A stretch of 64,000 nucleotides of DNA, taken from a virus. The stretch lies in the IMG/VR virus record IMGVR_UViG_3300033146_001635, positions 30,584 to 94,583 of that record, one strand, 5' to 3'. Each line of letters opens with the position of its first letter. Position 1 is the first letter of the stretch. This document shows positions 47,224-56,389 of this stretch, in pieces. A program made the position numbers and the translations under genes. The notes under the pieces are model-generated. The model saw only the letters and a program-made list of their open reading frames with translations, was not told where the DNA came from and searched no databases.

Positions 47224-47943
47224 TTAATAATAATATTTCACAACTATAGCATCACCTATAGTCAAATTAACATTAGAAGTAAAAGTAACTCTTACCCCTG
47301 ATATAGTATAATCATAAGTAGAACCTTCCATTAATACAACACCATTTAAAATAACGAAATTATGCATTGACAAATTAATAGTTTGGCTTAAATCAACATA
47401 TCCATTTGAAACAATTGCTGAATCCACTATATAATTATCTATTTGTTTATTAGCTGAAAATCCACCTGATGAAACACCTTTACTTCCAATGTATTTATAA
47501 AAAGAAATTTGAGGTGGCATATAAGAAGGGACATTTGAATAGAATGTTAACACACCAGCTTCAGTATCAACAATCCAATCTCCCATTCCAAATGGGATTT
47601 GATCTCCATGTGAATTTTTTAAAAAATAATTATATGAACCATCTCCAAAATTAAAAGGTATCGCATCTTTTAAATTATCATGATAAAATGCATTATTCAA
47701 ACCAGGTACTGGAATCAAAGATAAATCTTCAAAGTATTGAACAACTCCATCTGTTTGACCATCTGATAAAGATGGTGCTGGTAATGGAATTAAATCTGAT
47801 TGGTTCCATATTTGTTCATTATGAAATACCGCCACTCTCCCTAGATATGCTTCCTCAAAAAATTGTTTAATCAAAGTTGTTTCAGCTACACCTTGTAATT
47901 TTTTGAAAAGCTTGCTAGCTTTTTGGTCGGTATTTAATGCCAT
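47224..47943 (-). CDS. Virion structural protein
   Basis: DWIVDTEAGVLTF...FYKYIG; C-terminal VILNGV...DYTISG domain shared with the 1158-aa protein. Confidence 0.65.
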   Translation of the reverse strand: MALNTDQKASKLFKKLQGVAETTLIKQFFEEAYLGRVAVFHNEQIWNQSDLIPLPAPSLSDGQTDGVVQYFEDLSLIPVPGLNNAFYHDNLKDAIPFNFGDGSYNYFLKNSHGDQIPFGMGDWIVDTEAGVLTFYSNVPSYMPPQISFYKYIGSKGVSSGGFSANKQIDNYIVDSAIVSNGYVDLSQTINLSMHNFVILNGVVLMEGSTYDYTISGVRVTFTSNVNLTIGDAIVVKYYY

Positions 47944-48003
47944 AATTTCTTTCCGCTATTTAAAAAAATTTAAATTATATCAATAATATGTTCCCATAAA
48001 TTC

Positions 48004-48543
48004 CTAAATTGAGATTTTAACTTCTTCCTTTTTTGTTAATGCTAATAATGCTTTCAATGCATCATATAGACACCACGCTCCTATCACAATATCAAGAGCA
48101 ATCATATTAGTATTTTCTTCTTGAATATCAGATACAAGAAAATTCATCATTACTAAAAATAAAATACCATTGAATAAAAGATTTATTTTGTGAGTAGAAG
48201 AATCTTTTTCTAAATTATATTTTTTAGAAACATGATCTTTTGCAATTTTCATTAACAAATCTTTTTGTTGGATCCTATTGGATGTTTTATATTTTTCAGA
48301 TTCAAATTTTTCACCAATTGCTTTAGAATCAGATAATGCATTTTTCATAACTTGTTTAACTTTGTTGGCACCAATTAATTTAGAAACAAACGGAACAAAT
48401 TTATCTTTTACTTTTTTTATGGCCCTTTTTGGATCCTTTAAAAATGACATTTTAAAAAGTTTTTCTTTATATGAATCTGATTCATATAAATGTTGTTGAA
48501 TAGCATAAGTTTCTAATAATTCATTTCTATAATCATAGTTCAT
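48004..48543 (-). CDS. Membrane protein with (I/L)xE leader
   Basis: LLE, LYE leader; two C-terminal TMs; likely ATG 48543. Confidence 0.65.
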   Translation of the reverse strand: MNYDYRNELLETYAIQQHLYESDSYKEKLFKMSFLKDPKRAIKKVKDKFVPFVSKLIGANKVKQVMKNALSDSKAIGEKFESEKYKTSNRIQQKDLLMKIAKDHVSKKYNLEKDSSTHKINLLFNGILFLVMMNFLVSDIQEENTNMIALDIVIGAWCLYDALKALLALTKKEEVKISI

Positions 48544-48633
48544 TTCAAACCCCCTATAACAAAGATTATTATTCAATTATATGTTCTTTATTTTATTTTA
48601 ATATCATCAATTCTATTATATATATATTAATTA

Positions 48634-48805
48634 ATGATACCACAAAAATTAAGTTTTGTGGTATCATCTCCACAAAGGAGAGAACGCTAGCTGGTGCGTT
48701 AAATAAAATTCGGTATTCGGTATCAATCTCCGAATTAAAAAACAAGATTGACCAGAATCAAGTCAGTTTGCAGCTCTGACTTAAAACAAAAGCTGCTTTT
48801 TTTTT
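48634..48805 (+). ncRNA. Candidate structured RNA: three hairpins, two tandem H-type pseudoknots, U-tract
   Basis: Pairings read directly from sequence (see findings); no ORF; no known family recognised. Confidence 0.55.
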
Positions 48806-48933
48806 AAGATATAAATACAACTATATATATTATTTTTTGATTAATAAATTTATCTTTAATAAAAGGAGGTTTAACTGAATACTTTAAATCTGTGATTGTT
48901 TTTTATTTAACTTATTAAAAAGGATTTGAGATT

Positions 48934-49257
48934 ATGGAAAAATTTAGTAACACACTTGTTGTAGAAGTATTCGATGCAGAAAATGAATACGATTATATCT
49001 TCACGAATATTGTTGATGATAATAAAGAATTTCAAAAACTTTCGAGGGATGAACAAAAAGAAATAATTGTTGATAAAATTGAAGCAATTAATGCACAGGG
49101 ATGTTTTATCGAAGTTGAAAAAAATACTCGCTTTGATAAAATGAGAATAGGTAACAGTCCCCTTGAAAGTGATTATATTGAAATTCAAGAAGGGGATATT
49201 ATTTTTTATTCGTCAGCATCAATTCAAAGAATATTTGCACCATCCAATAAAAAATAA
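48934..49257 (+). CDS. Hypothetical acidic protein
   Basis: 107-aa ORF. Confidence 0.65.
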   Translation: MEKFSNTLVVEVFDAENEYDYIFTNIVDDNKEFQKLSRDEQKEIIVDKIEAINAQGCFIEVEKNTRFDKMRIGNSPLESDYIEIQEGDIIFYSSASIQRIFAPSNKK

Positions 49258-49283
49258 CTTTGTATCAACAACGGAGGCTTTTT

Positions 49284-50051
49284 ATGAGTATAAGAAAAGT
49301 TGAATACAAATCTGACGAATGGCAATATATAGTAGAACATTATAACATTGATACCTCTGTAACAAAAACAAATGATATTAATGTTTATATACACAAATTG
49401 TATAAAGATAAAGATAAAGATAAAGATTTGACTAATATCTATCTTTTGAAAAAAACAAAAGAATATCATGAATTATTTTATATTGGATATAATGACAAAA
49501 AACTTAAAAAAATATTTCATGCCCAACATATATCAGACGATAAAAATTCTGGATTCTTTTCAGGATTAAGTAAATATGTAAAAATAAAACATATGAATAA
49601 ATGGGCGTTGATTGAAATAAATCCTATGATGCCCACTGACATAATATATCCCATAACAAATTGGTATGATGATATAAAAAATATGGGATGTCTTGTTTCC
49701 ATGAAAAATAATATTATCGTTGGTGAAACTAATGGATATATTGTTTTTGCCAATATATATAATCAATTAACCGAACGATATATTTATTCATCTACATATA
49801 ATACAATTCATGATTGCCGTGGATTAATATATGATGATGAATATTTTATTATTTTAAAAACATTAAATAAATCACCTGTTAAATATAGAATATATACTAA
49901 ATATGGTTATTTATTAGTTGATAAATATTTTGAACATATTCAAATCAATCATAACAAATTTATAATAAGAGAAGATGGTAAATCATTTTATTATTGGGTT
50001 GATAGTAATTATAACATCCACCAAGAATCAGCTCTAAAAAATAATAAGTAA
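49284..50051 (+). CDS. Hypothetical protein
   Basis: ATG 49284 after GGAGG. Confidence 0.65.
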   Translation: MSIRKVEYKSDEWQYIVEHYNIDTSVTKTNDINVYIHKLYKDKDKDKDLTNIYLLKKTKEYHELFYIGYNDKKLKKIFHAQHISDDKNSGFFSGLSKYVKIKHMNKWALIEINPMMPTDIIYPITNWYDDIKNMGCLVSMKNNIIVGETNGYIVFANIYNQLTERYIYSSTYNTIHDCRGLIYDDEYFIILKTLNKSPVKYRIYTKYGYLLVDKYFEHIQINHNKFIIREDGKSFYYWVDSNYNIHQESALKNNK

Positions 50052-50062
50052 ATTATCCCCAA

Positions 50063-50287
50063 ATGAGTATTGGTATGAATTTATTAGATTTTAAAACATT
50101 TGAAAATGAATTTAAAAAAATAACACCACATGAATATTGTTGTTCATGTGGTAAAAAATTAAATAATAATAACAAAAGTAATAAATTTATAAAACCTATA
50201 AACAAATCAATACCCCAACATTGTTGTATTCAATGTGAGAAAGATGTTGATGAAAATGGATTTTTTGTTGAGGAAATTTTAACTTAA
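50063..50287 (+). CDS. Small Zn-finger-like protein
   Basis: CCSCG...CCIQC. Confidence 0.55.
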   Translation: MSIGMNLLDFKTFENEFKKITPHEYCCSCGKKLNNNNKSNKFIKPINKSIPQHCCIQCEKDVDENGFFVEEILT

Positions 50288-50308
50288 ACTTTTGAGGAAT
50301 TTATTATT

Positions 50309-50593
50309 ATGAAAGGTTTTCCCATAACTCTGAAAATTACCCTGATTGATGGAATATCTACTGAGATCCAATGGAAACTACCACAATATGTTTATGTAGA
50401 TAAACAATACAAACAAGAAAGATACATTAGAAATGCAATGATTAAAATAGCCTCTGATGGTTTCACAGTTAGTGAGCCAGATAATGATTTCCATGATATT
50501 CTAAGATATTATCCACCTAACCAAATTAAAAATATTGATTTTGATTTTACTGAATTTTATGCATCAAAATCTAAAGAATCTTTAGAAGAATAG
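50309..50593 (+). CDS. Hypothetical protein
   Basis: 94 aa, GAGG RBS. Confidence 0.6.
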   Translation: MKGFPITLKITLIDGISTEIQWKLPQYVYVDKQYKQERYIRNAMIKIASDGFTVSEPDNDFHDILRYYPPNQIKNIDFDFTEFYASKSKESLEE

Positions 50594-50607
50594 GATAATA
50601 AAATATC

Positions 50608-50811
50608 ATGCCTAATATGGATTATTGTAGATTTCAAAATACTTTTTATGATTTACAAGAATGTTATAAACACATGGATGATACAGATTTATCATCATCA
50701 GAAAAAAATTTTCGAAGAAAAATTATTGAATTATCATCTGCGATTGTCAATGAATATATAGACGAACTGGATGAACCTTTTGAAAGGGGTGATTTTGATA
50801 ATGAATGTTAA
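50608..50811 (+). CDS. Small hypothetical protein (NMDYCRFQNT motif)
   Basis: 67 aa; motif type common in phage small ORFs. Confidence 0.6.
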   Translation: MPNMDYCRFQNTFYDLQECYKHMDDTDLSSSEKNFRRKIIELSSAIVNEYIDELDEPFERGDFDNEC

Positions 50812-51145
50812 TGATTATATAAACGAATCAGCTAGAACCATGGCTCCCAATATATACCATGAAAGTGTAAATGTAGAAACTTTACATGGTATTATTGGAA
50901 TATCTGGTGAAGCTGGTGAATTAATAGATGCTGCTAAAAAAGCATTATTCTATGGACATGATTTAGATAAGAAAAATATTAAGGAAGAATTGGGTGATAT
51001 ACTCTGGTATATTGCCGCAGTTATTCGAAGTGAAGGATGGACTTTTGAAGAGATCATGGAAGAAAATATTGATAAATTAAAAAAGAGATATCCAGAACAA
51101 TTCACATCTGAATTGGCTAAAGAACGTCTGGATAAAAAAGGTTAA
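50801..51145 (+). CDS. MazG-like nucleotide pyrophosphohydrolase
   Basis: GISGEAGELID..KK...EELGDILWY...NIDKLKKRYP. Confidence 0.9.
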   Translation: MNVNDYINESARTMAPNIYHESVNVETLHGIIGISGEAGELIDAAKKALFYGHDLDKKNIKEELGDILWYIAAVIRSEGWTFEEIMEENIDKLKKRYPEQFTSELAKERLDKKG

Positions 51146-51150
51146 AATAA

Positions 51151-51200
51151 AAAATCTCTCGCCTATTAGTATGCACTAAATTAGGCGAGAGATTTTTTTT
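51151..51200. terminator. Bidirectional intrinsic terminator
   Basis: AAAATCTCTCGCCTA / TAGGCGAGAGATTTT between convergent genes. Confidence 0.8.
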
Positions 51201-51203
51201 TGT

Positions 51204-51854
51204 TTATAAATCTTCTTTTGTAATACCAACACCATCAATATCAAATTTTTTATTTAAAGGATCTGGATCACCATTATAATTCATAAGAACATCTTCTAAT
51301 TTTTTATTTATAAAATCAATCTTATTAGCTAATTCTTTTTTTGGATCTACGTTATCACATGGTTGCGGATTTAAATCTACAGGATCAGACATAAATTCAT
51401 CTTCGGTTAATGCTTTTATTTCAGCCGGTTTTAAACTTCTATATAACAATTTAATACCATTATAGATTGCTTGTAATACTATCCGTGTCATTATATATAA
51501 AGGTGCTATTAGAAAATATCTAATTAAAACTAATATAACAGCTATAACAATTCCTATTTTAACACCTCTCCAAAAATCATCTTTAATACTATTTTGTAAA
51601 ATACTTTTCACACCATTAAATAATTCATCACCTGATTTAGCATTTTTCATTAAAGACATTATTTTCGATTTATTCTTATCAGCTACTTTATATATCTCTT
51701 TAACATTTATCTGTTTATCAGATAAATATTTTTCCATTTTACCTTTCATTTTTTGAAGTTTATTTTTATCTACTTCGACATCATCTTTTTTTGTTTCTGT
51801 TAAAATAGGTTTGTGAATCAATTGTTCTTTTAATAATTGTTTATAATCAGCCAT
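51204..51854 (-). CDS. Membrane protein with (I/L)xE leader
   Basis: LLKE, ILTE leader; central TM segment. Confidence 0.65.
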   Translation of the reverse strand: MADYKQLLKEQLIHKPILTETKKDDVEVDKNKLQKMKGKMEKYLSDKQINVKEIYKVADKNKSKIMSLMKNAKSGDELFNGVKSILQNSIKDDFWRGVKIGIVIAVILVLIRYFLIAPLYIMTRIVLQAIYNGIKLLYRSLKPAEIKALTEDEFMSDPVDLNPQPCDNVDPKKELANKIDFINKKLEDVLMNYNGDPDPLNKKFDIDGVGITKEDL

Positions 51855-51866
51855 AATAATATTCCT

Positions 51867-52301
51867 TTATAATTTAATTTTCTTTTGAATTTTATACATT
51901 TTATTTTTTAATATTGTTTTACATTTTTTTGGATTATCAGTTCTATTACACAATGACATTTTCTGTTTTATATAATGAACTTGTTTTTCATGCATTTTCC
52001 TAGTTAATTCATCAATACATTTTTTCTTGTCAATACCAATAAAATGTCCACAATGTTTTTCTAATTCTTTTGCTTCTTCTTTAATTTTTTTATAATGTTT
52101 AGCTATCAAAGCAATTATAAAAGAAATCAACAAAATAACAAATTCATTTAAATAAACTTTCTCATAAGTTCTTTCAATATAATCATCTGAAAATTCATTA
52201 AGAAATTTATCAGCATTTTTATAAACCTCTTCTATTTCAGATGATTGACAAAGTTCATATAAAAAAATTCTTTTATCACCTATCGATGTGTGCATAAACA
52301 A
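51867..52301 (-). CDS. TM + Cys-motif paralog
   Basis: YLNE then FVILLISFIIALIA; CGHFIGIDKKKC; CNRTDNPKKC. Confidence 0.7.
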   Translation of the reverse strand: MFMHTSIGDKRIFLYELCQSSEIEEVYKNADKFLNEFSDDYIERTYEKVYLNEFVILLISFIIALIAKHYKKIKEEAKELEKHCGHFIGIDKKKCIDELTRKMHEKQVHYIKQKMSLCNRTDNPKKCKTILKNKMYKIQKKIKL

Positions 52302-52615
52302 CCTTCTTCAATTTGATTTAAAGATTCTTTTAACATTGCTAATTGATAAGGTTTCATTCTTACATATTTATTATTTATATTAAAATCTATTTCATATTCA
52401 GTATGTTCAGATAAATCGTCTATGTTAGAAATAATACTATCAATATCATGTATGATAGTATTAAAATGTTCTTTTAAAAATATTACTTTATTATCATAAT
52501 CATCTTCCAAAATATATTGCCCCATTGAATAATCTTCACGGGTTCCATCAGAAAAATCAATAAACAATTCTGGACAACAACCCTGTCCCCTACATAATGT
52601 CATAATCTTTTTCAT
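52280..52615 (-). CDS. Hypothetical protein (CRGQGCCP)
   Basis: 111 aa; AAGGAG RBS. Confidence 0.6.
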   Translation of the reverse strand: MKKIMTLCRGQGCCPELFIDFSDGTREDYSMGQYILEDDYDNKVIFLKEHFNTIIHDIDSIISNIDDLSEHTEYEIDFNINNKYVRMKPYQLAMLKESLNQIEEGCLCTHR

Positions 52616-53058
52616 CTATTTTTACTCCTTTCTAACTCAGCTATTTCTTTTTGAAGATTTTCAATTTTACGTTTATATTCCTCTATTTGATTACTATAAT
52701 ATTGCCCTTCACTTTTATTTCCTTGTTGAAATGCTTTTACAGCCCTTCCTCGTTTCAATCCTATCTTATAATGTAAATCTTGAATAGATTCTTTTTTTAT
52801 ACATATTTTCTTTTCGATAGGTGTAAGAGATGGACTATAACATCTATTATTTTTAGCATTTGATGCATATACATGTCTTGCATGAACTGCATCTTTTATA
52901 TTACTTACACCATGTTTAATAGATGAAATAAATCCTTCATATATAATATCAATCTGCTTGTCACTAAATTTATCCAAATATGTTGGTTGAAACTTATCAG
53001 AAAATTCCAATAGGTTTTTTAATAATTCCTTTTTGTTATGTTTCATTGTCATCCCCAT
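52612..53058 (-). CDS. Divergent Cys-motif paralog
   Basis: LLE, IYE leader; CYSPSLTPIEKKIC; coiled-coil tail. Confidence 0.6.
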   Translation of the reverse strand: MGMTMKHNKKELLKNLLEFSDKFQPTYLDKFSDKQIDIIYEGFISSIKHGVSNIKDAVHARHVYASNAKNNRCYSPSLTPIEKKICIKKESIQDLHYKIGLKRGRAVKAFQQGNKSEGQYYSNQIEEYKRKIENLQKEIAELERSKNR

Positions 53059-53347
53059 ATCGAAGATAATAAATATAATCTTCTATAATATGAATTAAAT
53101 ATGATACTCCACCACCGTACAAAGCAAATAAAAAACAATACACCATCGGTAAATCATATTGATATAATATATAAGGGGATAGTAATAAAGAAATCCAAAA
53201 TCCAGAACAATGATAACATTTAATAACTTTCTCTGAAAATTTAGATTTAATATATTCCCTTATTCCTTTAATTAAAATATGTGGACTTTCAATAAATCCA
53301 AAAGTTAATGAATAACATGCTATTGAATATATAATCAATTCTTTCAT
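53036..53347 (-). CDS. DUF1360-like membrane protein
   Basis: IKCYHCSGFWIS within TM helices. Confidence 0.55.
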   Translation of the reverse strand: MKELIIYSIACYSLTFGFIESPHILIKGIREYIKSKFSEKVIKCYHCSGFWISLLLSPYILYQYDLPMVYCFLFALYGGGVSYLIHIIEDYIYYLRYGDDNET

Positions 53348-53354
53348 ATCTTAT

Positions 53355-53504
53355 CTATTCCTTTATCAACAATGTTTTCTTATCAGGAATAAATCCCAAC
53401 TGTCTAATTTTTGTATGTTCAGTTATATTAATTTCTAACGTATCTAAATTAAAAGTTTTCTTTTTATATTTGGTCTTAACTTCAATTGGCTTTCTTTTTC
53501 TCAT
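53355..53504 (-). CDS. Small basic hypothetical protein (49 aa)
   Basis: Manual translation MRKKKPIEVKTK...; AGGAG RBS and promoter motif upstream. Confidence 0.45.
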   Translation of the reverse strand: MRKRKPIEVKTKYKKKTFNLDTLEINITEHTKIRQLGFIPDKKTLLIKE

Positions 53505-53667
53505 GTCATCTCCTATTTATATATTCATTTATATGTTCTTTGTTTTTATATTTTTAAAATAAAAAAAAAGACTGGATATAATCACCCAGTCTTTTTTTAA
53601 ATCCCATTTTTTAATTTAAAATGGGAACATCATATTGGAAAGAATTTCTTTTTTAAGGAGTTTAATT

Positions 53668-53901
53668 ATGTCTAATTATTTAAACATTGAAAAAATAAAA
53701 ATAAGATTACAATCTATTACATATGAACCATTCACTAGTTTAATTTCATTTCTCTGTAATATACAAGATAAAGAGAGATTTATTGATAAACAAAAATATA
53801 TTAAACAATATTTAAAAGAAAATGAAATTGATGTAAAATTATTAAGAGATGAAGTAATTCGATTAAGAGCTCGTCTTAAAGAATTGTTAGCTAAGTTATA
53901 A
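53668..53901 (+). CDS. Hypothetical protein
   Basis: ATG 53668 after AAGGAG. Confidence 0.6.
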   Translation: MSNYLNIEKIKIRLQSITYEPFTSLISFLCNIQDKERFIDKQKYIKQYLKENEIDVKLLRDEVIRLRARLKELLAKL

Positions 53902-54481
53902 TATTTTTATATTGTATGTTTTCTTGGTTCATCAATTCTTTAAATTTAGCCCCAAGTAATTCTATCTCTCTACTATATTGTTGACCAGTAAAAGAAAAGT
54001 TTCGACTAGTATATTGTTTACCAATAATAAACTTTTCAGGATTGTTGCCATTAACATATAACAATCCTTCAAAATGTAATGTAGAAATAGCTTCCTCTAA
54101 TTCATCTGAAAAAGGTGCAGCTGGTGAGCCTTTAAATCTAAACATATCTAATACATCTTTACAATGTAAATCTCTATTAAATCTAAGATAATACATTATT
54201 TTGTGTAGCCTATGTCTAGTAATAACAAATGTATCTAAACCAGAAGCTTGTAAAATTAAATAAAACATTTGAGTAGCTAATTCATTTCTATGATATTCAC
54301 GTGTCCATTCAGCTTTTTGCTTTAAATTTTTTAAACGCTCATTCATATTATGTTCTTCTATTTTTTTTCTTTGTATATTTTCTTTAAATTTCTTTATGCC
54401 ACTATATATAACATAACAGCTTATAAACAACACAACAAAGGTAAATACTATATTCATAACATCATTCATCATAACCACCAT
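53891..54481 (-). CDS. Hypothetical membrane-anchored protein
   Basis: N-terminal TM; LHKIMYY...PFSDELEEAI winged-helix-like region. Confidence 0.55.
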   Translation of the reverse strand: MVVMMNDVMNIVFTFVVLFISCYVIYSGIKKFKENIQRKKIEEHNMNERLKNLKQKAEWTREYHRNELATQMFYLILQASGLDTFVITRHRLHKIMYYLRFNRDLHCKDVLDMFRFKGSPAAPFSDELEEAISTLHFEGLLYVNGNNPEKFIIGKQYTSRNFSFTGQQYSREIELLGAKFKELMNQENIQYKNIIT

Positions 54482-54506
54482 TAATCTTCTGTATAGTACC
54501 GTATAT

Positions 54507-54926
54507 TTACGATTTGGGTACAGCTAATAAATCTATTTTATCTTTACCATCTTTTATTAATATATCATATCCAAAACAACTATGAAATAATAAATCACCT
54601 TCGTTTTCTTTTGTGTCGATAATCATTTTATTAGGTAAATAAGGATTGGTTATCATATCACAAATTGATTTATCAGTTATCATAGATTTAATAAATTCAT
54701 TAAACTCTTCTACATCTGACTCAGATATACGCCCTGAAATACATTCATTATCATCAATATCAAAACCAGCTAACTCTTCTGCTACAAATGCATCTTCAAA
54801 ATCTTCTCTACGCATATCTTCATCAAAATCATACTTACTTCTTAATTGATTAGATATTAAATTATTAATATCCTGTTTATTTTTATCAATCAACAGTTGT
54901 AATATATTATCATTGAAATCCGACAT
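54507..54926 (-). CDS. Hypothetical acidic protein
   Basis: 139 aa; GGGAG RBS. Confidence 0.6.
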   Translation of the reverse strand: MSDFNDNILQLLIDKNKQDINNLISNQLRSKYDFDEDMRREDFEDAFVAEELAGFDIDDNECISGRISESDVEEFNEFIKSMITDKSICDMITNPYLPNKMIIDTKENEGDLLFHSCFGYDILIKDGKDKIDLLAVPKS

Positions 54927-54948
54927 ACTAATCTCCCTTAAATAATAA

Positions 54949-55269
54949 TTAATCAGATTGTTTATTATTGTTAATTATTTTATTAAACATTTTTAAATGT
55001 ACATTACGTCGATGTTGTACATCAGGATTGTCTGGGTTATATTCTGGACCTAAATAATCAACAGGAGTTTTCCCTAATGCATTTTTAAACCTATTAAAAA
55101 ATTTCTGATAATTATTCCAATCATCTTTACTTTTATCACTTATATTTGATAATCTAATATTCTCTAATACTAATAAACTATCTAATACACATACAGCTAA
55201 TCTAGCTTCATCTAATGTTGGTAATTTACCTTGTTTACAAATATCAATAATTTCAGATAATGTTTTCAT
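54949..55269 (-). CDS. Hypothetical protein
   Basis: 106 aa; AAGGAG RBS. Confidence 0.65.
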   Translation of the reverse strand: MKTLSEIIDICKQGKLPTLDEARLAVCVLDSLLVLENIRLSNISDKSKDDWNNYQKFFNRFKNALGKTPVDYLGPEYNPDNPDVQHRRNVHLKMFNKIINNNKQSD

Positions 55270-55640
55270 TACAAAACTCCTTCACTTCATAGATAGAAAA
55301 ACATGTAAAGAAAAAATTTATTCTTATTCATATTAAAACCAATATCTAAACTCTTCTCTTATATAAGCCATGAAATCTTTATGTTGTTTTAATTTATCAT
55401 CATCAATATCATTATTATTATTATCAAATAATACATCATATGCCTTTGCTTCTGAATTATCATTCTTAGATATTATTGTATTATCATTATATTTCTTCTT
55501 TAACATATTATTTATATCAAAAGATTATTTATTATTATTTGTCATAAAATCATCCCCACTTATTTCAATTCCAAATAATACTTAGAATCTTTTTTAATAG
55601 TATCTTTCTTTTTCAACAACAGACATAAATAATTAACCTC

Positions 55641-55985
55641 CTAAGTATAATCATCTTGTGTTGTCAAACTTATATTTACAATCCAATTTTTTAATAAGGT
55701 GTTATCATATGATGAAAAAAAACCATTATCCATAATATGTTTCATATCATCTATTATTTTATATGTTGCACTTTCTTTCTTCTCATTAATTATAGAAATA
55801 TTATTTTGCAAATATTTAGTATTATTATATATTGGTATATTCCCAATAAAAGAATTCATTTCATTTAATTCACTAAGATCCTTCTTCAATAATAATTTAT
55901 AATCCTCATATGAAATTTTCTCTACAATATGATAATACTTTTTCATAAGCATATCTTTTAAATTAAAGGTATTATCATCTGCCAT
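55641..55985 (-). CDS. Hypothetical protein
   Basis: 114 aa; AGGAG RBS. Confidence 0.55.
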   Translation of the reverse strand: MADDNTFNLKDMLMKKYYHIVEKISYEDYKLLLKKDLSELNEMNSFIGNIPIYNNTKYLQNNISIINEKKESATYKIIDDMKHIMDNGFFSSYDNTLLKNWIVNISLTTQDDYT

Positions 55986-55999
55986 AATACTACAATCTC

Positions 56000-56389
56000 C
56001 TATTTATAATTTCCCTCTTTTTCTTTTATTGCAGTTATAATATCTTCAAATTTAGCATGAGTTGCATAATTATAATTAACTTTAATAGATTTATCTAAAT
56101 CAAATTTAGATTTGAAAGTATTAGCGAGTATATCTAATTGTGCATGTAGATATTGTTCTAATAAACCATTCCTATGTGAAATCTTATTTTCAAGAGCAGT
56201 AGATAATAATGCACTAACAATTCTTCTTTCTGTATATGAGATTTGTAAAATTTCCAATAATTCCTCAATAACAATTTTCAAAAAATTTTTTTCATATTCT
56301 AAGTTGATAATTTCATTAATTGAATTATTATTATTATTACCTCTAATTATCCCACCACCATTACCTGTCACATGTAAAAGATCCATCAT
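56000..56389 (-). CDS. Hypothetical protein
   Basis: 129 aa; GGAGG RBS. Confidence 0.6.
   Translation of the reverse strand: MMDLLHVTGNGGGIIRGNNNNNSINEIINLEYEKNFLKIVIEELLEILQISYTERRIVSALLSTALENKISHRNGLLEQYLHAQLDILANTFKSKFDLDKSIKVNYNYATHAKFEDIITAIKEKEGNYK

Noticed and set aside
48634-48805. tRNA or tmRNA
   Set aside because: No acceptor stem, T-loop (GTTCRA) or CCA end was found; no tRNA was recognised elsewhere by eye
55270-55640. Gene at 55370..55585 (+)
   Set aside because: Antisense to a minus-strand block. The minus strand has an RBS and fragmented short frames, possibly a decayed gene, but too weak to call
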